A stretch of DNA of 64,000 nucleotides from NCBI GenBank assembly GCA_965235115.1, contig OZ249436.1:23996001-24060000 (forward strand), read 5' to 3'. The notes under the pieces were generated by a model. It was not told the DNA's origin and did no database searches. It saw nothing but the letters and a program-made list of their open reading frames with translations. A program made the position numbers and the translations under genes. Positions 35,591-50,357 of the stretch are shown here, in pieces. The first letter of the stretch is position 1. Each line of letters opens with the position of its first letter. Origin of the DNA: Laetmonice hystrix. Taxonomy: Eukaryota.

Positions 35591-38500
35591 GCAGCCAAGC
35601 CTGACAGCTGTATTGTCAAGATTAGGTACCAGCAGCCTGCGTTATGTTACGGCGGAATGGCCACATAGTTCTTGCAATTAGACCTTACTTTAAAATGAAA
35701 TAGGTCTCAAATTGGCTAAGGTAATTTTACCATTGGAGGCAAACCTGCATTCACTTCTGTTGGGAAATACCAACCGTATGACCTGCCCTACAGTTTACCC
35801 TTGGAGGCATACTTTCATTCATTTCTATTGAAAACTTTTTATTTTATGACCTGTTGCATACGTCCATATTTTGGCGATTTACGGAGTTTTAGTTCCATTG
35901 TCAAAAAACAGCCTGGAAGGGTTTTTGGAACCCTATATTAAAAAAAATAAACAAGAGAGGGGCCTGAAAAAAATAGAGTCATACTCATTGGGTAGTTGTA
36001 CGAGCAAAATGATGTTTCGGGCTTCACAAAAGCCTGATGATCAAAATATGGGGTCTCAGAAATGCTATCGGAGTCTTTTTGACACAAGTAAAATTTGCCG
36101 AGGTAGCATATTTAGATTCCTGCCATTTGAAAATTAGATGGGCTACATACCTGCATTTTCTTGTGTGTGTTCTGCCCATGGATATGGATGAGGAAATAGT
36201 AATAAATCTATGTCAACTCTCATACTTTTTGAATTATTGCCATGTAAATACCACTTCTGGAGCTAATTTTTGTGTTTCCGAAGGGAGGGGGGGTTACCAC
36301 AAACGGCCAAATAAAAAAAAAACGTACTAGATGATGAGCTGAAATCTTGTGTGGCTTTATTTGATACCACAGAGATATGAAAACACGACAAAGATGGCTA
36401 CTATAATGATTTTCAATTTTTCACTGCCGGTACCTACTAACATACCGTCAAAAAGTGTAGGACGATAAGAGAGGGCTAACCCTAATTTTGATGAAGTGGC
36501 CGACAGTGATACAGACAGTACGTGTCACTGACACTAGTGACAGTGCAGTCTGGCTCGCCGTGACTGTCGTCTCACTCAGTCTGTCCACATGGTGATGGTC
36601 TGTCTGACCAACGAGATCTGACTCAGTCATCGACTGACGGCAGTGACGGATCGAACAGGGTTGGGGGGCATGGGGGGCAAAAAATTGAGAAACCCCCCCC
36701 CCCCGTCAGGGTTCATATTTTCCGTTCGGCATTCACCCAAACCCGGTGCCCCCTCCGTGTGTCTGTCTGTTTTCTCCACCGCACCGGGGTCTGCAATCTC
36801 CGCCGGACTCTGGTTGGGTACCCCTGCAGCGCCAGAGGCAGTGCAGGGCCCGGGGCGTAGGTAGGCTAGCCGTAGCCGTAGGAAGTATTGAAGGGTGGGG
36901 GGAGGCAACTCTCTCTGATCATGCCCCTTTTGAATTGAGATTCGCACAATTTCCTTTTTTAAGCAGTCCTGTTGATCCTATTGTTTTGATGTCAGCGCAT
37001 TACACTTTGGTTCATTCTAATAATTGACTAGCTATAGTATACTCTGACTACAGATATATGTGGAAAGTTTAGTGTTTCCTCCATTGAGAAGCACTTGTAT
37101 GGATACCCCTATAAAGTTACTACTTGGTACATATTTTATAAAATAAAAGAAGGGAACTGAAAATAATTCCTTGATTATATTTTCAGGGGAGATATTGTTT
37201 AACTGCAGCCATCCAGAGGAGCCACCAGCCCACAAGATAAGGACTTCAACCCAGACATAGCAGATATACAGGTGAGATCTACCATGAAGGTTTAACCCTA
37301 AATTGTAATGTTTTCATATAGTTTGTGAAGGATAAAATATATACATAGATTTCATCAACTGGTATTAATTAGAATTAGGATGACTGGTTTTTAAAACATT
37401 TCTCATTTTTACCGTCTTCATTTACAGAGCCTTATAAAATGGAATGCGATTAATGCTCAGTCCCTGTTGTGGGCAACTGAAAAACTGCTAGAGAAGTACA
37501 GACAACACCAACAGGAAGGTTCTGAAATTCAGCCAACTCTGAACTAGTATACTACTAGTAAAGGATACACTGACGGGAAACCAAATCCATCAAATTTTCC
37601 AGAGATAACTTCTGTCTTTTATAATTATGTAATGAAAATGTATAATATTACAATGATGTATGGTCAATTTACTTTTAACGACAGAAGAACATGACGAGTA
37701 GACATACTTGTTAGTTTGACAGCAATGACAGGTGATTACTGTTCGCAAGTACTCCAGTGTACTACAAAGGAACAGTTTTATATGCAGCATTCATTATTGG
37801 CTACATATGATTATCTGTACCAGTATGATCCACTACCAAAAATAGCGGTACAAATTTGTAAATATTAGTAGGATAATTTACGGATTAAGTATAAAGGGAA
37901 TTATCAAGGTTTCTAAAACACCAACAGTAATTGATAACATAAAATATAATATTTTTAAAACGAATATGTATAATCAACAGCTGAAATGGAAAAATTAATT
38001 TAAGCACTTTTCTTCTCAAAATGTAAATAATGTGAAAAGAATAAGTATATTTTTTAGGTGCTAGTCAGTAAGGAAATGGATGATCTGATTCTTATAGAAT
38101 CCCCACAAACTTGGCAATGGGATGGTTCCTTATTGTGACTTTAGCTCAGTGACCATAAACGTAAAATGGATGAATAATGATAGATTTCTTAAGTTTGCAG
38201 CAATCCATGTTCATGAAATTTTTCTCAGGACCCCCCTGACGCTTGCCTGAGGGTGACTTCAACCGCTCGCTAGTCGGTCTGCTCACACTGTGCCTAATCA
38301 CCTGTACCAACCTCGCCAAATTGGGCGCTCTATTTCAGATGGGCCTGAAATTTCTCATTTGGCCACTGGGGAAGGTGTGTGTCCTACTGGTATATGACGC
38401 GTACATTTCTCTTTCAACAATATCAAGTGCACTGTCTGCAAGGCAGTGGGGCGTCCGCTCGAGGGTTCGTCACGCTTGGCTGCATGGCTGTAACGTCAGC

Positions 38501-41500
38501 CGCTCGCTGGTCAAGCTGTCCATGCTGTGCCAAATAACCTGTAATAACATTCGCAAAATTGGGCAGTCTAGAAGTTTCAGATCGGCCTGAAATTTCTAGG
38601 GTGGCCACTCGGGAAGGCGTGTGTCCTACCGGTATATTTCGATAAACACCCGATGCCCCGTCCGTGTCTACCTACACTTGAAGTGCACTGTCTGTCACGC
38701 TCCAGTGAACGCCACCGGCACCAGATTTCTGGCCGTCAGCCAGGCTATTGGCGGCCCAGTAGACGCTAGGCTGGTTCCCACTTTCCCAAGCTAAATTCCC
38801 CGTGTTAAAAGTGTGGACGGCACGCCAGACTGTGGTGGGCCTGGAACTAGCCTAGGTGGCACTTGCTAATTGCGGCTAATTTATGAAAAACCATACGGTT
38901 ACTGGGAGAGTTTTCGAGCACAGCTCAAGGGATCATAATCGGTAATGATGCAAGATTCTGTGGGCTGGGCTGCGTCTATTTTTTCTCGACCTGGCAGTGG
39001 CACTGAAGGATTCTTTTCTTCAATTTTTGGTCTATTAAGGGTGAAAAGGAAGACCCTCATTTTCAACTAACGTGTATAAGATATTTCTTTTTTTTTTCTA
39101 ATCGTGAACATGAATCATTAGAACAGGAACACTGAATGGTAGAAATAATACCTTCTGCAAAAAAAAAAATTCAGAACGAAATTTATTGTATATTTGGTAC
39201 GCTTCACATAAAATGTGCTTACCATTAATAAAGGTAGGGTGGGTGGGTATTAATTTTTTGGCAGGTCTGCACGATCAGCTCAGCCTAGCGGCTTTGCTGA
39301 CGCGCATCCCTGTATCAGCCACTATTCATAATATTCACCGCTAGATGTAGGAACATTTCATTTCCTTTCACTCATAGAGCTGTGCTATTTATCACTTAGG
39401 CAATAACGCTAATCCATAAAAGAAAGGCAGTCGTTATTCTAAGTTCCCCCAGCGACGGTGGCGATATACCGTTATAGTACAGGGCCGTCGGAACCGGGGG
39501 GGGGGGGGGGCGGGGGGCCATGCCCCCCCCCCCCCCACTTTTTCACCCAGGATGAAAATCTTGAAGAGCCATTTTTTCAAGCTTCTGTTATTTCCAGAGG
39601 GTGGATACTAGCCTACATGTTAGGCCTAATATTGTGTTCGCTGTGGTGATTATGACGATCAGGTGACAGAGTCTCTGAGGCCTGGCACTGAACTTCCCGG
39701 CGTAGGATAGGCCTATGCAACTTTGGAAGTCGATAAAATTACATAAAATCGCTTTCAGGGTTTCTTCAAGGATTTTCAAACTGGGAGGGGGGGGGAGACC
39801 CCCCAAGTGACCTGCATCTGGCACCAAAACCTGGCCTATCCCCCCCCCCCACATCATGAGTTGGGGCTTCAACCCCCCCAGCAGGGGCGCCGCTGCCGGG
39901 GGGACGGGGGGACATGTCCCCCCCCACTTTTGCTGGCGACCTAAAAAGGTCAAAGGCTCCTTGAAGTTGAAGCTAGGCCTAATAGATAGATCTATAGGTC
40001 TTCTTATACTCCCTATGCCTAGCTTTTTAAGGTGAATTGCCCATGGGAGGCAAATTAAAGATAGATTTTCATCATTTTTAATCTTGGCCTTCGCAGGCCT
40101 AAGCCTATGTCATGTGTTTAGGAGATAGGTCTATGCTTTGCTGTTCTATAATTAATATGGGCCTAACCGCGGCCTAGATCCCCTGCAGCTTCCCTGTGTA
40201 CCTTAGTCCTACCACACTGGCGGATCCAGGGTAGGGGGTCACATAGGGTCTGGACCCCCCTAAAATATATATATTTCATGGCGCCCCTCCTGCCGTTCAT
40301 GGCGCCTCACGGCATTGTAGGGCTACATAAGACTTTTGTTTTGACATCATTGGTCTTTAAATAGCTTTGTGCTCCAAAATGCATCAGATTTCACCAAATT
40401 ACACCTTGAATTTGAAAAATTTCCGGCGGGCATGCCCCCCGGACCCCCTAGCAAGGCTTTGTGCCTTCGGCGCTCGTACAGTCACACCGGTTGCGTCCCT
40501 AAAAACATTGGCCCCCCTACTTGAAAAAGCTGGATCTGCCCCTGTACCGTCTCTTGCTTAGCTCATAGACCTGAATATTCAGGTCAATCTTAAGCTCTAG
40601 GAAATCTAGGCCACGCTTTAATTATTGTCTGACAGCGTTAGGCCTGCGGCCGTCAACATTTTTTACCCCCATGTTGGGCCTTCCTATTTGATTTTGAAGA
40701 AAAAGACCTCATGCGTGAATGTATTCAAATAATGAGTGAGGTTTACCAATTTTTACTAGGCCTAGTGTGGTAGAATAGAAAGTGGCAAGTAGGATGGGGA
40801 CGGTCTCTATTTTATTTGGTAAAAGTGGGTTTTAGGCCTAATCGCCTAAAAATCCGGGGTCCGCCCCTTGCGGGTGGGGGGGGGGGGGGGGTGGGGGTGA
40901 ATACACTGTTATTTTGCAATTCTTATGGTACATAAATCTCTGGGGAAAACGTCAAACACACCAAGATTGTCCCCCCCCCCCCAGTTTGAAATAGGCAGCG
41001 GCGCCCAGGCTTGCCCCCCCCCCCCCCCACTTCCAAATACGTTCCGACGGCCCTGTAGTAGACAGGAATTGCAGGATCAGAGAGTTGAACAAGTACAGGA
41101 TCAACAGGAGATGGTTCGAGAGGAAGCAAAATTTGTTAGAACATAGACGAAAACCATCGATCATAGTCATGAGGAATGGCTAGGAATTAAGCCTACCGAT
41201 GTCAGGGGATATATCAGGGTGGACACGGATCTGGGCAAGCTCCAGCCGTGGGTTTCGGCCGCCTGAATTCAATTCGTCCCGCTCGAAGATGTGATGTTGA
41301 CGGAGGTCCACTGCCACTGGGCCGGGGGGGCCGGGCCCTGACTCCGACCCGTCACCGCGGGCGGGTGCTGGCAGTGTCAGACTCCTGTGGTCAGTTCAGC
41401 ACAGACCTGTTGTGACTGTGACTGTGGGACTGACCCCCATTGAGTTGCCGACCCGCCTCGGCTGCCTTTACTTTAGTCTAGTCTAGCCTAGCCCCGGCAT

Positions 41501-42399
41501 GCAATAGATTAGCCCCGGAACGTTACTTCCGGCCAGCCCAATAGCAACAAATGGCTGCGCCGCTGAAGCCAGTGATTTCGACAGGGTTGTCATGTTCAAC
41601 TTATGACTTCTTGGAATAGGGGGACATTTATTTCCAACCAATACTCTGAAAGGTGAGTGTATATAGAGGCCTTGCAGCTGTCCAAATGTGATTTTTGACT
41701 GGACTTTAAAAGTAATCGAAGATCACAGTAGTGACAGATTTCAGTTAGCTCACGGTTAAGAGCTATAAATGGACGATTTGGATGAACAATAGTAACTGTT
41801 ATAAATGGGAACTATGAGAGTATTATTCTTTCTCTACAGGTTAAAACTAAAGGGGGGGTGTAGTTATACAAAACTATCCACGGACTGTTTAGATAGAAAA
41901 GTACGAAACTAGTACGGGAACGGGGAGCTAGAGGGAGCCATGAACGCGGCGTCATGAGTGAAGGACGGCATTAAAGAGATCATAAAGAATCGGTCTTAGG
42001 AGTATGATTTAGGAGGCCATCATCGTTAATACACCACATTGACTTTTTCACTTTTCATGTTGTAGCACTGTCTGATCTCAAACGGGAGCCACAACCAGCA
42101 CTGTGTGAGTCCTACTCCGGATATTTTAGATAGCCAGGATGGAACTCATTCTTGTTTCACTTAGGACATTTTAATTTATTTTGGACCATTGGGAATCGAG
42201 AAACTGTAAGTCTCTCATACGTAGAAGTAGTAAGTAGAAGTGTATGTAATTAACACAGTAATTTTATGATATGGCAGGGTTCTTTCAGAGGGAAATAAAA
42301 GGCAGCCCAGCGAACCATGGAGTTACGTTGTGTGTGCAAACGTTATCCCTGTATCCTTTGCTTCATTGAATATATTGAGGTGTCTTCCAAACCACTTAC

Positions 42400-42519
42400 T
42401 GCACATGCTGACGAGCTCCGAATTTTTGACTCCCAGTCAAAACAGCTTTGGACGAACTTCCCAGATTCCACAGCTGCTTCAACCAGCTTGCTGACACGAT
42501 CAATGTTCCGCTTCATCAC
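42400..42519 (-). CDS. MCTP: MCTP coding exon
   Basis: atctag|GTG...GCA|gtaagt, 120 bp; VMKRNIDRVSKLVEAAVESGKFVQSCFDWESKIRSSSACA (SCFDWE motif of MCTP). Confidence 0.92.
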
Positions 42520-43253
42520 CTAGATTGCCAAAAAGAAAATAGATTGGTGTACTCCTTCCAATTTACGATAGCAGGTTTTCTGCCACGTTCATGTTAAAAG
42601 TTTTCTTCTTTTTCTGCCGAGTCTCATCTCCAGTTATATAGGGAGCCGAAGTAGGTCACGAGATATTGCGTTACAACGCGATAAACGTCGATTTTGTTGA
42701 CACGTCATTATCGCTCACGCTTGTTTAGCATTGCGCCGGCCATAGGGAACGGCGACTGTCAACTTCAACTTGTGATTTCTCTGTAATTATGCTGCCCCTA
42801 GTAATAAAACCTTCCCAGATATTTGTATCAACCTGTTTTATGCTTGAATAGATAATTTTTATATATAACAACACAAAAATCTTCAAGACTAGGCCGATCT
42901 TTGGAACGATGTCTCTTCATCCTATGTTAAACCAATGGGGAAATTTGTGACGTAACATTTGGGTGTCAACATTGACGCTCCATTTGTACCTCCTATCCAG
43001 AAAATCCGTAACTGTGTCACGAGACTTCGGCGCCCTATTATCCCATGCCTATTTTGCAGGGGATACGTAATGTCTGCCAATCCATTATCATTATAGCTGA
43101 GACATTGAAGTCTTACCAATGCAAGTTAATGGAAAAGAGGTATGACCTTAATTGACCTTTTAAATACTGTGGACTGGGTTTTATTATCCCATCCCCTACG
43201 GAGGGGATGGGATTTTGAAATTGTGTGGTTTCGTCTTCTGTATTATATTTGGC

Positions 43254-43295
<42 letters not shown>

Positions 43296-46200
43296 TGTCT
43301 AACTCAGGCAATTTTCAACATATCTAAATGAAATTTGGTACACATGTTGACAATGACAAAGTCTGGTCAGGCATCAAATCATGACGTCATGTGACGTCAC
43401 GTCATGACGTGATGACGTCAAACATATTATTAACATTGAGGCCATTTTTTAAGTTCAGATTGAAATTTTTTTCAAAAACGTGTTATGGTTTCATAATCGG
43501 CCAAGGGTGCTTCTTTAATTTGAACCTTCATTTAAACTTTGACCTTTGACCATAGAGAGAACTAGGTTCTAGGTCAGAAATCGGTTAAATCGCTTCTCCT
43601 TCTCTATTTTTTTTTGTAAAATTCGACAATTTTCGGCAGAAACACTCTCTAAGGAAAGGTCCACAGGATTATTGCAGGGATTAGCGATTTGACCTATTTT
43701 CGCTGAACCACGTGACTTTAAAGTTTGTCAATTTTGACTTTTTTTTTTAAAACTGCTTCAGTCATATAGGAATCGTGTATTTGGTCACTAGATATGTGCT
43801 GCTATTGACGATTGATCACTTTGCATATTTCTTTTCATAAATTTACCAATTTTTTTTTTATTTATGATGAAATAATGTAATCTGACGTTGACAGGCTCTA
43901 CCTTGAAACGTGTTTAAGATAGCCATATACAAATACAACAATTACAAAGTGTATAGATTCAGGTATACCACTGACTGTTTAGGTCTTTTTTTGGAAAGGT
44001 AATATGGCCAGAATTGTAAGTTTTAATGGGTATAGTCTTCACAATAATATTTTTACACTCTGACAGGTGGCATCTCTGAATACACAAATCACCCGCTGTG
44101 AGGCCAGGGCCAGGGTCGGCAGAGGGTTACGTAAGCGCTGGTGATAAGGGCCGGCCGGGCGGCCGCCGGGTCTGTTGTGACTACCCCCCCCCCTGCCTCC
44201 CAGTCAGGGGGTTCTTCCCCCATGATAACTTTCCACGAAATGTTTGGGCAGGGGTTAGGGTTAAGGTCAAGGATAGGGATAGGGATAGGATAGGGATATG
44301 TTTTTGGGAGGTGTAGGGACTGGGGTTAGGGGTTAGGGATAAGGTCAGGGCCATGGATCTTTACTTTCCAACAAATTTCGTGGGGTTTAAGTTATCATGG
44401 TCGATATGCCAGTCAGGGTGGGGTTGGAGGAATATGATTGTGTATTCATAACTGACATAACTGAATTAGCTGCGCCTTTGAACTGTAGGTGTAACTGCCT
44501 AATGCATTTGTTTTTGAATCTTACATAGAAGAGCTGAATAAAACAATACTATTGATTGTTGGTTGTGGAGTTCAAGTGACACGAAAAATTTTTGGTCAGC
44601 TGCACTTGGTTTCAGCCTGAGCCAACAGTCTGGTGTGGATGACATTCGCACCTAATGGTAAAGTTTCATGATGTATGACTACGTGTTGGCTAAATGGCGA
44701 GAGATAGAAGTGAACGAACAGTGTGCACAGTAGACAGGTATGCAGTCGTCCTGGCGAGCGGCACACACAATAGATGCAGCCATCACTTGAGCGGGTCTGC
44801 GGGTCGCACTGTGAGACTGTTTATAGAAGAGGTACCTTCTCAGTCATATAACATGCCAGCCATCCGGCGGCAGCTCTCAATCAAAGGAGCCGGTCAGGAG
44901 GCGGTCAGTTAATTGGACGTGGGTCACCGGTCAATGACCAGTGGCCATCCTTTAGACTGGGACTGGGGCAAAAACGTGAACGAGGGGATATATAAGAGCA
45001 CCAAGAGAGAGAGAGACTAGGGAAGAAGGAGGAGAGAAAGGACAGAGATATAGATTTGACTATGAGGAACATATAGACACTGACTGCCTATAGACCTTTG
45101 CACCAAGTCGGGAACTAGATGTGTAACCATAAGTAAGCTTAGCTTTTCTGACCTCGGGTGCTTCAAAATGCGCTCGTGGTGGGAATTATGAATCAATTCA
45201 CATGAAAATTGTTGCAAAAGAAAATAGAGATATTTTCCTTTTGTCCAGTATGAAATTTAATAAGTAGATTTAAGGGATCTTTCTTGTACGACCATGTGAA
45301 AACCACCAAAAAAGTATAAAAACCGTCAAAACTTTTGACCTTTCTACCTGGCAACGGTTGCCATGCAAAATCTGTCGCCACGACCTATACAAAAAGTAAC
45401 CAGAATTATTCCCCACATCGTAAGGTCTCCATATATATGTCTTTCTTTTAGCAAGACTCCTGATAGTTATGAATACAGCGAGCTTTGTTTGTCAATTTAA
45501 AAGTTTCAAAAACTGTGATAATGACATTAAAAACAGCCACTGAGCCTGTTCCAATCTAATTTAGCTCTTTCACATAGTGTCTGATCAGGAGCCTGCTATG
45601 GTTTACTGGGGTAAATTATGATGCTATAATATTCTGAGAATATCTACTGGCCATTTTATTGTTTGCTTCTGTAGTATTTTAATCCATCTTTCGATAGAAC
45701 GAGAGCTAGACCGCAAAATAGTCTACTGTTTACATTAGATCTACCCTTATTCAGAGCTCTGCTGCACGTCGTCTCTATGACGTCACAGCCACTGTTGATT
45801 TAATTTTAATGAGGCACGTCTTTTTGCCAGTGTAACATTGTAATAATTATGTATCAAAATATGTAGTTAACTGTACTATGATGTCACAATTGACAATGAA
45901 AGAACAAACAGGTGGAATCCAGGCGAGTGTGGAGGAGGTTATCGCCGGCCAGTCTCTGTTGCAGACGGTCAGAATCTTGAACATGTTCACGGTTGTCCCA
46001 GCCCCAGACACCCGACCAGTAGCCTAGGCTGGAGGCTTTTGAGCAGCAGCGCTTTACAATAATACGGTTTTATATAAAATTAGGATTGATTTTTATGGCA
46101 GTTAGGTTTACATAAATATTGAAAAGATTGACTGCTCACACTAGACTCTATCAACTAGAACAATATAACATTTCTGTTAAGTTGGGGTGGTGGTGAACTG

Positions 46201-46977
46201 GATAACCTCCCAAGTTCCCAACTCGCGGTACCGATCTAGAAAATGTAAAAACATCAGAAATGGAACATTCTGCGTGCATCGTTTGTTCATGTTAAAATCG
46301 ACACTGTTTCAGGTAAGAATTAAATTTTAATAGCATCTGACGTGGAATTTTATTCTTACGTAGGAAACAAAGAAAGAACTTGATAAGATGAGTATTGTAT
46401 TTGTTATGATAGATTTACTGTCACAAAGACGCGATTTTTTCCCCATTTCGACACATCTTCCGGCATGTTCACAAACTCCCCCCTAATTCATTCTTGTGTT
46501 TCAGCGAAGGACAGTTCCTCAGCGATGTAGACCATGATCTTAGCTCTGCAATGCTGTTAGTTTCACTTCTGTGGACCAATTATTTAGAGAGTAAACAGTT
46601 AAAGTGCCGGAAATGCGCATAAACTATCATAATTTAGTTCCCGACTTGGTCCATATTCGCTAAGAACCATGTGTGCTAATCAATGGAATACAATATAGAC
46701 AAACGAATACAATAGGCCTATGGGCCTTGGCTGTCTCAAGAGACCGGCTTTTGACCCAGTGTGTACCAAATTCCAGAGAATGGCCCATCTACGTTTTCCT
46801 GACTGGCATGGATGATTTCCTGACCCAGGCACAGAATTCTCGCCTATTGACGACTCAGAAAAGCCATTTTCATTTTCTTGACTTTTTTCTGATTTCCCAA
46901 CTAACCCTGTTTAAATCTAAAAATGATAAAGAAGCCTTCACACCTCTTACTGACGCCAATGGAAGAGATATACCTAC

Positions 46978-47052
46978 GGAGATTTTGAATTTTGGCTCTG
47001 GCTGCATGTATTTCTCTTCTCTTGGGTTGAATGTCCGCACAGCAGCCTTAAC
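46978..47052 (-). CDS. MCTP: MCTP coding exon
   Basis: tctcag|GTT...TCC|gtaggt, 75 bp; VKAAVRTFNPREEKYMQPEPKFKIS. Confidence 0.9.
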
Positions 47053-47139
47053 CTGAGATGTGAAAAAAATCACTTTAAAAAGGTACTGTACAAAACGTGA
47101 ATATTACTAAATTACAGTGTCATTATGCGTTAGTTGAAT

Positions 47140-47620
47140 GACAGGAACACGAAAAAGACCAAAGCAAATTCTGGAAGGATATAAAATCATTAATACCTGA
47201 TATGAAAAGAAAAAATGTTGATGCTATATTTAACCCTGCTACTGAAAGACTGTGCACAGGCAAATAGGCAACGTGCAACACAGATTATAACCATGATGAT
47301 ACATGCATATTTGAGGAATTACTAAAGACTATCTGTTCAAAATTTTTTTTTAAAATCCATTAACAAAATCATCAAGTCTAAAATAAATCAGCTCCAGATT
47401 ATTGGTGGATGATGCATTTACCACTATTTCTGAAATTTTGGTTAAATTTCACAATCTCTGTCTTAAAAATGCCCAAATAGCAGCCTGCTTTAAAGTATCC
47501 AAGCTCATGCCACTGCCCAAAAAAGATGATATTACACTCATGAGCAATCTACGTCCGATATGAAATACCTGCTTCTTGCTAAAATTTTAGAAAAGCATGT
47601 AAATAATGAAATTTACAAAT
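47140..47620 (+). pseudogene. Highly decayed LINE RT fragment
   Basis: KFWKDIKSLIP...FKVSKLMPLPKKDDITLMSNLRPI...LAKILEKHV; colinear with the RT at 7531-9440. Confidence 0.65.
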
Positions 47621-50255
47621 ATACGGAAAGCAATAACCTATTTTCATAGAAATAAACAATTCGGACAGTAAATAATATTGCTAATAACTTATACGAGTTC
47701 AGAAACAATGGTGAATATAGTATACAGGGTCTGCGCTTACGCCGTCCGATATACCAATTTACATGAAATTGAAATGAATGAAATGAAATTGGGATCGAGG
47801 GACACAAAAATAAAGAAGCTGGCTGTCAACTGTACATATGTATATCCTTATTATTTGAAAAAGTTTGGAGACAGTACTTTCAATCCCTTTTGTGTGACAA
47901 TTTTTCATATGTGGGGCCCGATACCATATTTTTCATTTTTTTGCCATTTTTGATAGGACTTCAGTAAAAATCTAATCCAACTTCGAAACTTGTAATATAT
48001 TTTCTTAAAAGAACTCCCCATAGACTATCCATGTGCCAAATTAAAAATAAAAATATTGAAAACTGACTTTTCTAGAGCACTTTAAACTTTCCGAAATATC
48101 CATCTCCTCCAAAAAGTTAGATATCACTATGCTTAATGTCAAAGAACTAGGATTTTTTAGCATAAGTGAACCATTTTGGACTATGTTTATATAGGAATGT
48201 GGCCACTAAGCATTCCCTGAAAGCTTTGTGAAGATCTATAAAGAATTAAAGAAAATATACCTTTTCAAATAGAAAAAAAACCCTGTTGCGCAGCCAAATA
48301 TTTTAGGTAAAAATTGGCCAAACGCCATTTTGGCACCACTCGTACAGAAGAAATATTCCCAGGATGAACCTGTTGTCTAGTATTTTGCATATACCCACCA
48401 AGGATAGTAAGTTAATGAAATATGGGAATGGTCACTGTTATAATTGTGCTGTTATACGTCCTCAGATCGGCACAAAAATAAGCGAAACTTAAGTCTGGAA
48501 AGGGTCCAAGGGGGTGAACAATTTAAAAAGCCATATCTCGAAAACTATTAGGAGTACAGAAATAAACTTTTGCATGGTTCCATGAATAGGATCAAAGTAT
48601 TTATGAGCAAAATTTCATCAAAATCTATGATTTGAACTGGGAAAATTTCCTTTTTCTGGAATGACCCACATGATTTCATTGTTATATTTAACGGATTTGG
48701 AGATACAGCCCATTGAAAAGGCAAGGCCTTCATTGGCCTTTCCCTGCCCCACAATGTCATGGAAAACGAAAATTCATAAATGACTTCCTATCAGTCAAGG
48801 TAACTACTGCATTATGTTGCACCATTTTCGAAATATGAGCCAAAAAAGTATGTGTTACTTTGAGCAAACAAACAAATATGGGCGGCATGTCCCCATATTT
48901 GCTCTGAACTGAGAATACATTGGCATGCATATAGGGTGTGCAAGTGGGTCAAGAGAAAACATGAGAAAACACCAGAACAACTGAGTTTGGTCTTAATCTC
49001 GTCACTTTAGCATTGTGAATTGAGGAGCCCATAGGAACTGTCAACTTCTAAATATTATTTTATGGTTAGGGCGCTTTCATTTTTCATTTTTTAGATGTCA
49101 AAATTGACAAAAATCTGGTCAACGTTTGAAAATGCGTTTTCTCATCCCATGTTAAACCAATGGAAAAATTGAGACGTAACAATTAATTAAGGACCAAAGT
49201 GCCGCATTTCGAGGCTATTTCTGTTCATTTACATGTCAAGGACACAAGACTTGCACTCCCTCATATGAGTCTTTTTCAAAAGAAATCGGGATTTTGTTTG
49301 AAATGTTTTAACATCCAAAATTTTTGAATGCTATCAAAAATCCATTTGATGTGCAACATCCTCATGTCTCATTCAATTTATGGATTATGGACGTACGCAA
49401 GTTAAATTAATGGCCCACCCCTTTCGTTTGAGGGGTAAAAAAGTATTTACACTGGAAAAAAGTATGATCCCCCTAAAGTATAATACTTAAATAATATAGT
49501 GGAGCACTGGAAGAGAAAATAAGAAGAAGTAGGAGGAGGAGGAGGATCAGTTGATCAATTGGTATCATCTGTTATGGAAACCAATAATTATCCCAGCACC
49601 TTTTGAGCTAATCAACAAAATTTGTTTCAGTATCCCCAAGTTATGCAAAAGGACAATAATGAACTTCCAACATCACTGTCACTCAAAACATAATGCATCT
49701 CACGTGGTTAAAAACCAATGCCATATCCAGCAGGATTGCCCCTTTGACTCGAACCATGGTTTTCTTGTCTTTTAACTGATACCATCGCCTCTCCCCTCGA
49801 TGGATCTGCAATTATTTAAGCGTAGCTGAGTGAGTACCACCCTCCCTATTGTTAAGATGCTGCAGGACACAAGCCAAAATACCAACGACTCTTCCCAGCA
49901 ACACTAACATTCACATACATTTCATGCAGTAACAAGCAGACCTATTTGGAACCACCTGACAGATGAGTGTTACTCTATGTATTTAAGCATTGAACATGTT
50001 TCAGAAGCTACACCTTCCATAAGCAGGAAATAAAACATGTTCAAAGAAAATTTCAGAACAGCCATAATTTGCTAATGTTTTTTTAATGTGCTAATTGGCT
50101 AGACCTCCTGCTTATTTCATTCTGATATTGCATGTAACATCGTCCATAACACACAAAGACTGTCAGGTGATTTCATAGCTACTAGAGGCAACACAACAGG
50201 TGGCACCAAAGTCGTACTGTGCTCATGCTGAAACAGTGCATTTATAAACACATAC

Positions 50256-50357
50256 ATGATTGTAGATAAAATCCAGTTCCAGCTGGATTGAGCCTTTGAC
50301 ACGACCTGTCAGCTTCTTGTCTTTAAGAGCATACCATCTCCGCTCTCCATACCGGAT
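50256..50357 (-). CDS. MCTP: MCTP coding exon
   Basis: tttcag|ATC...CAT|gtatgt, 102 bp, phase 0/0; IRYGERRWYALKDKKLTGRVKGSIQLELDFIYNH continues the previous exon in frame. Confidence 0.92.
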
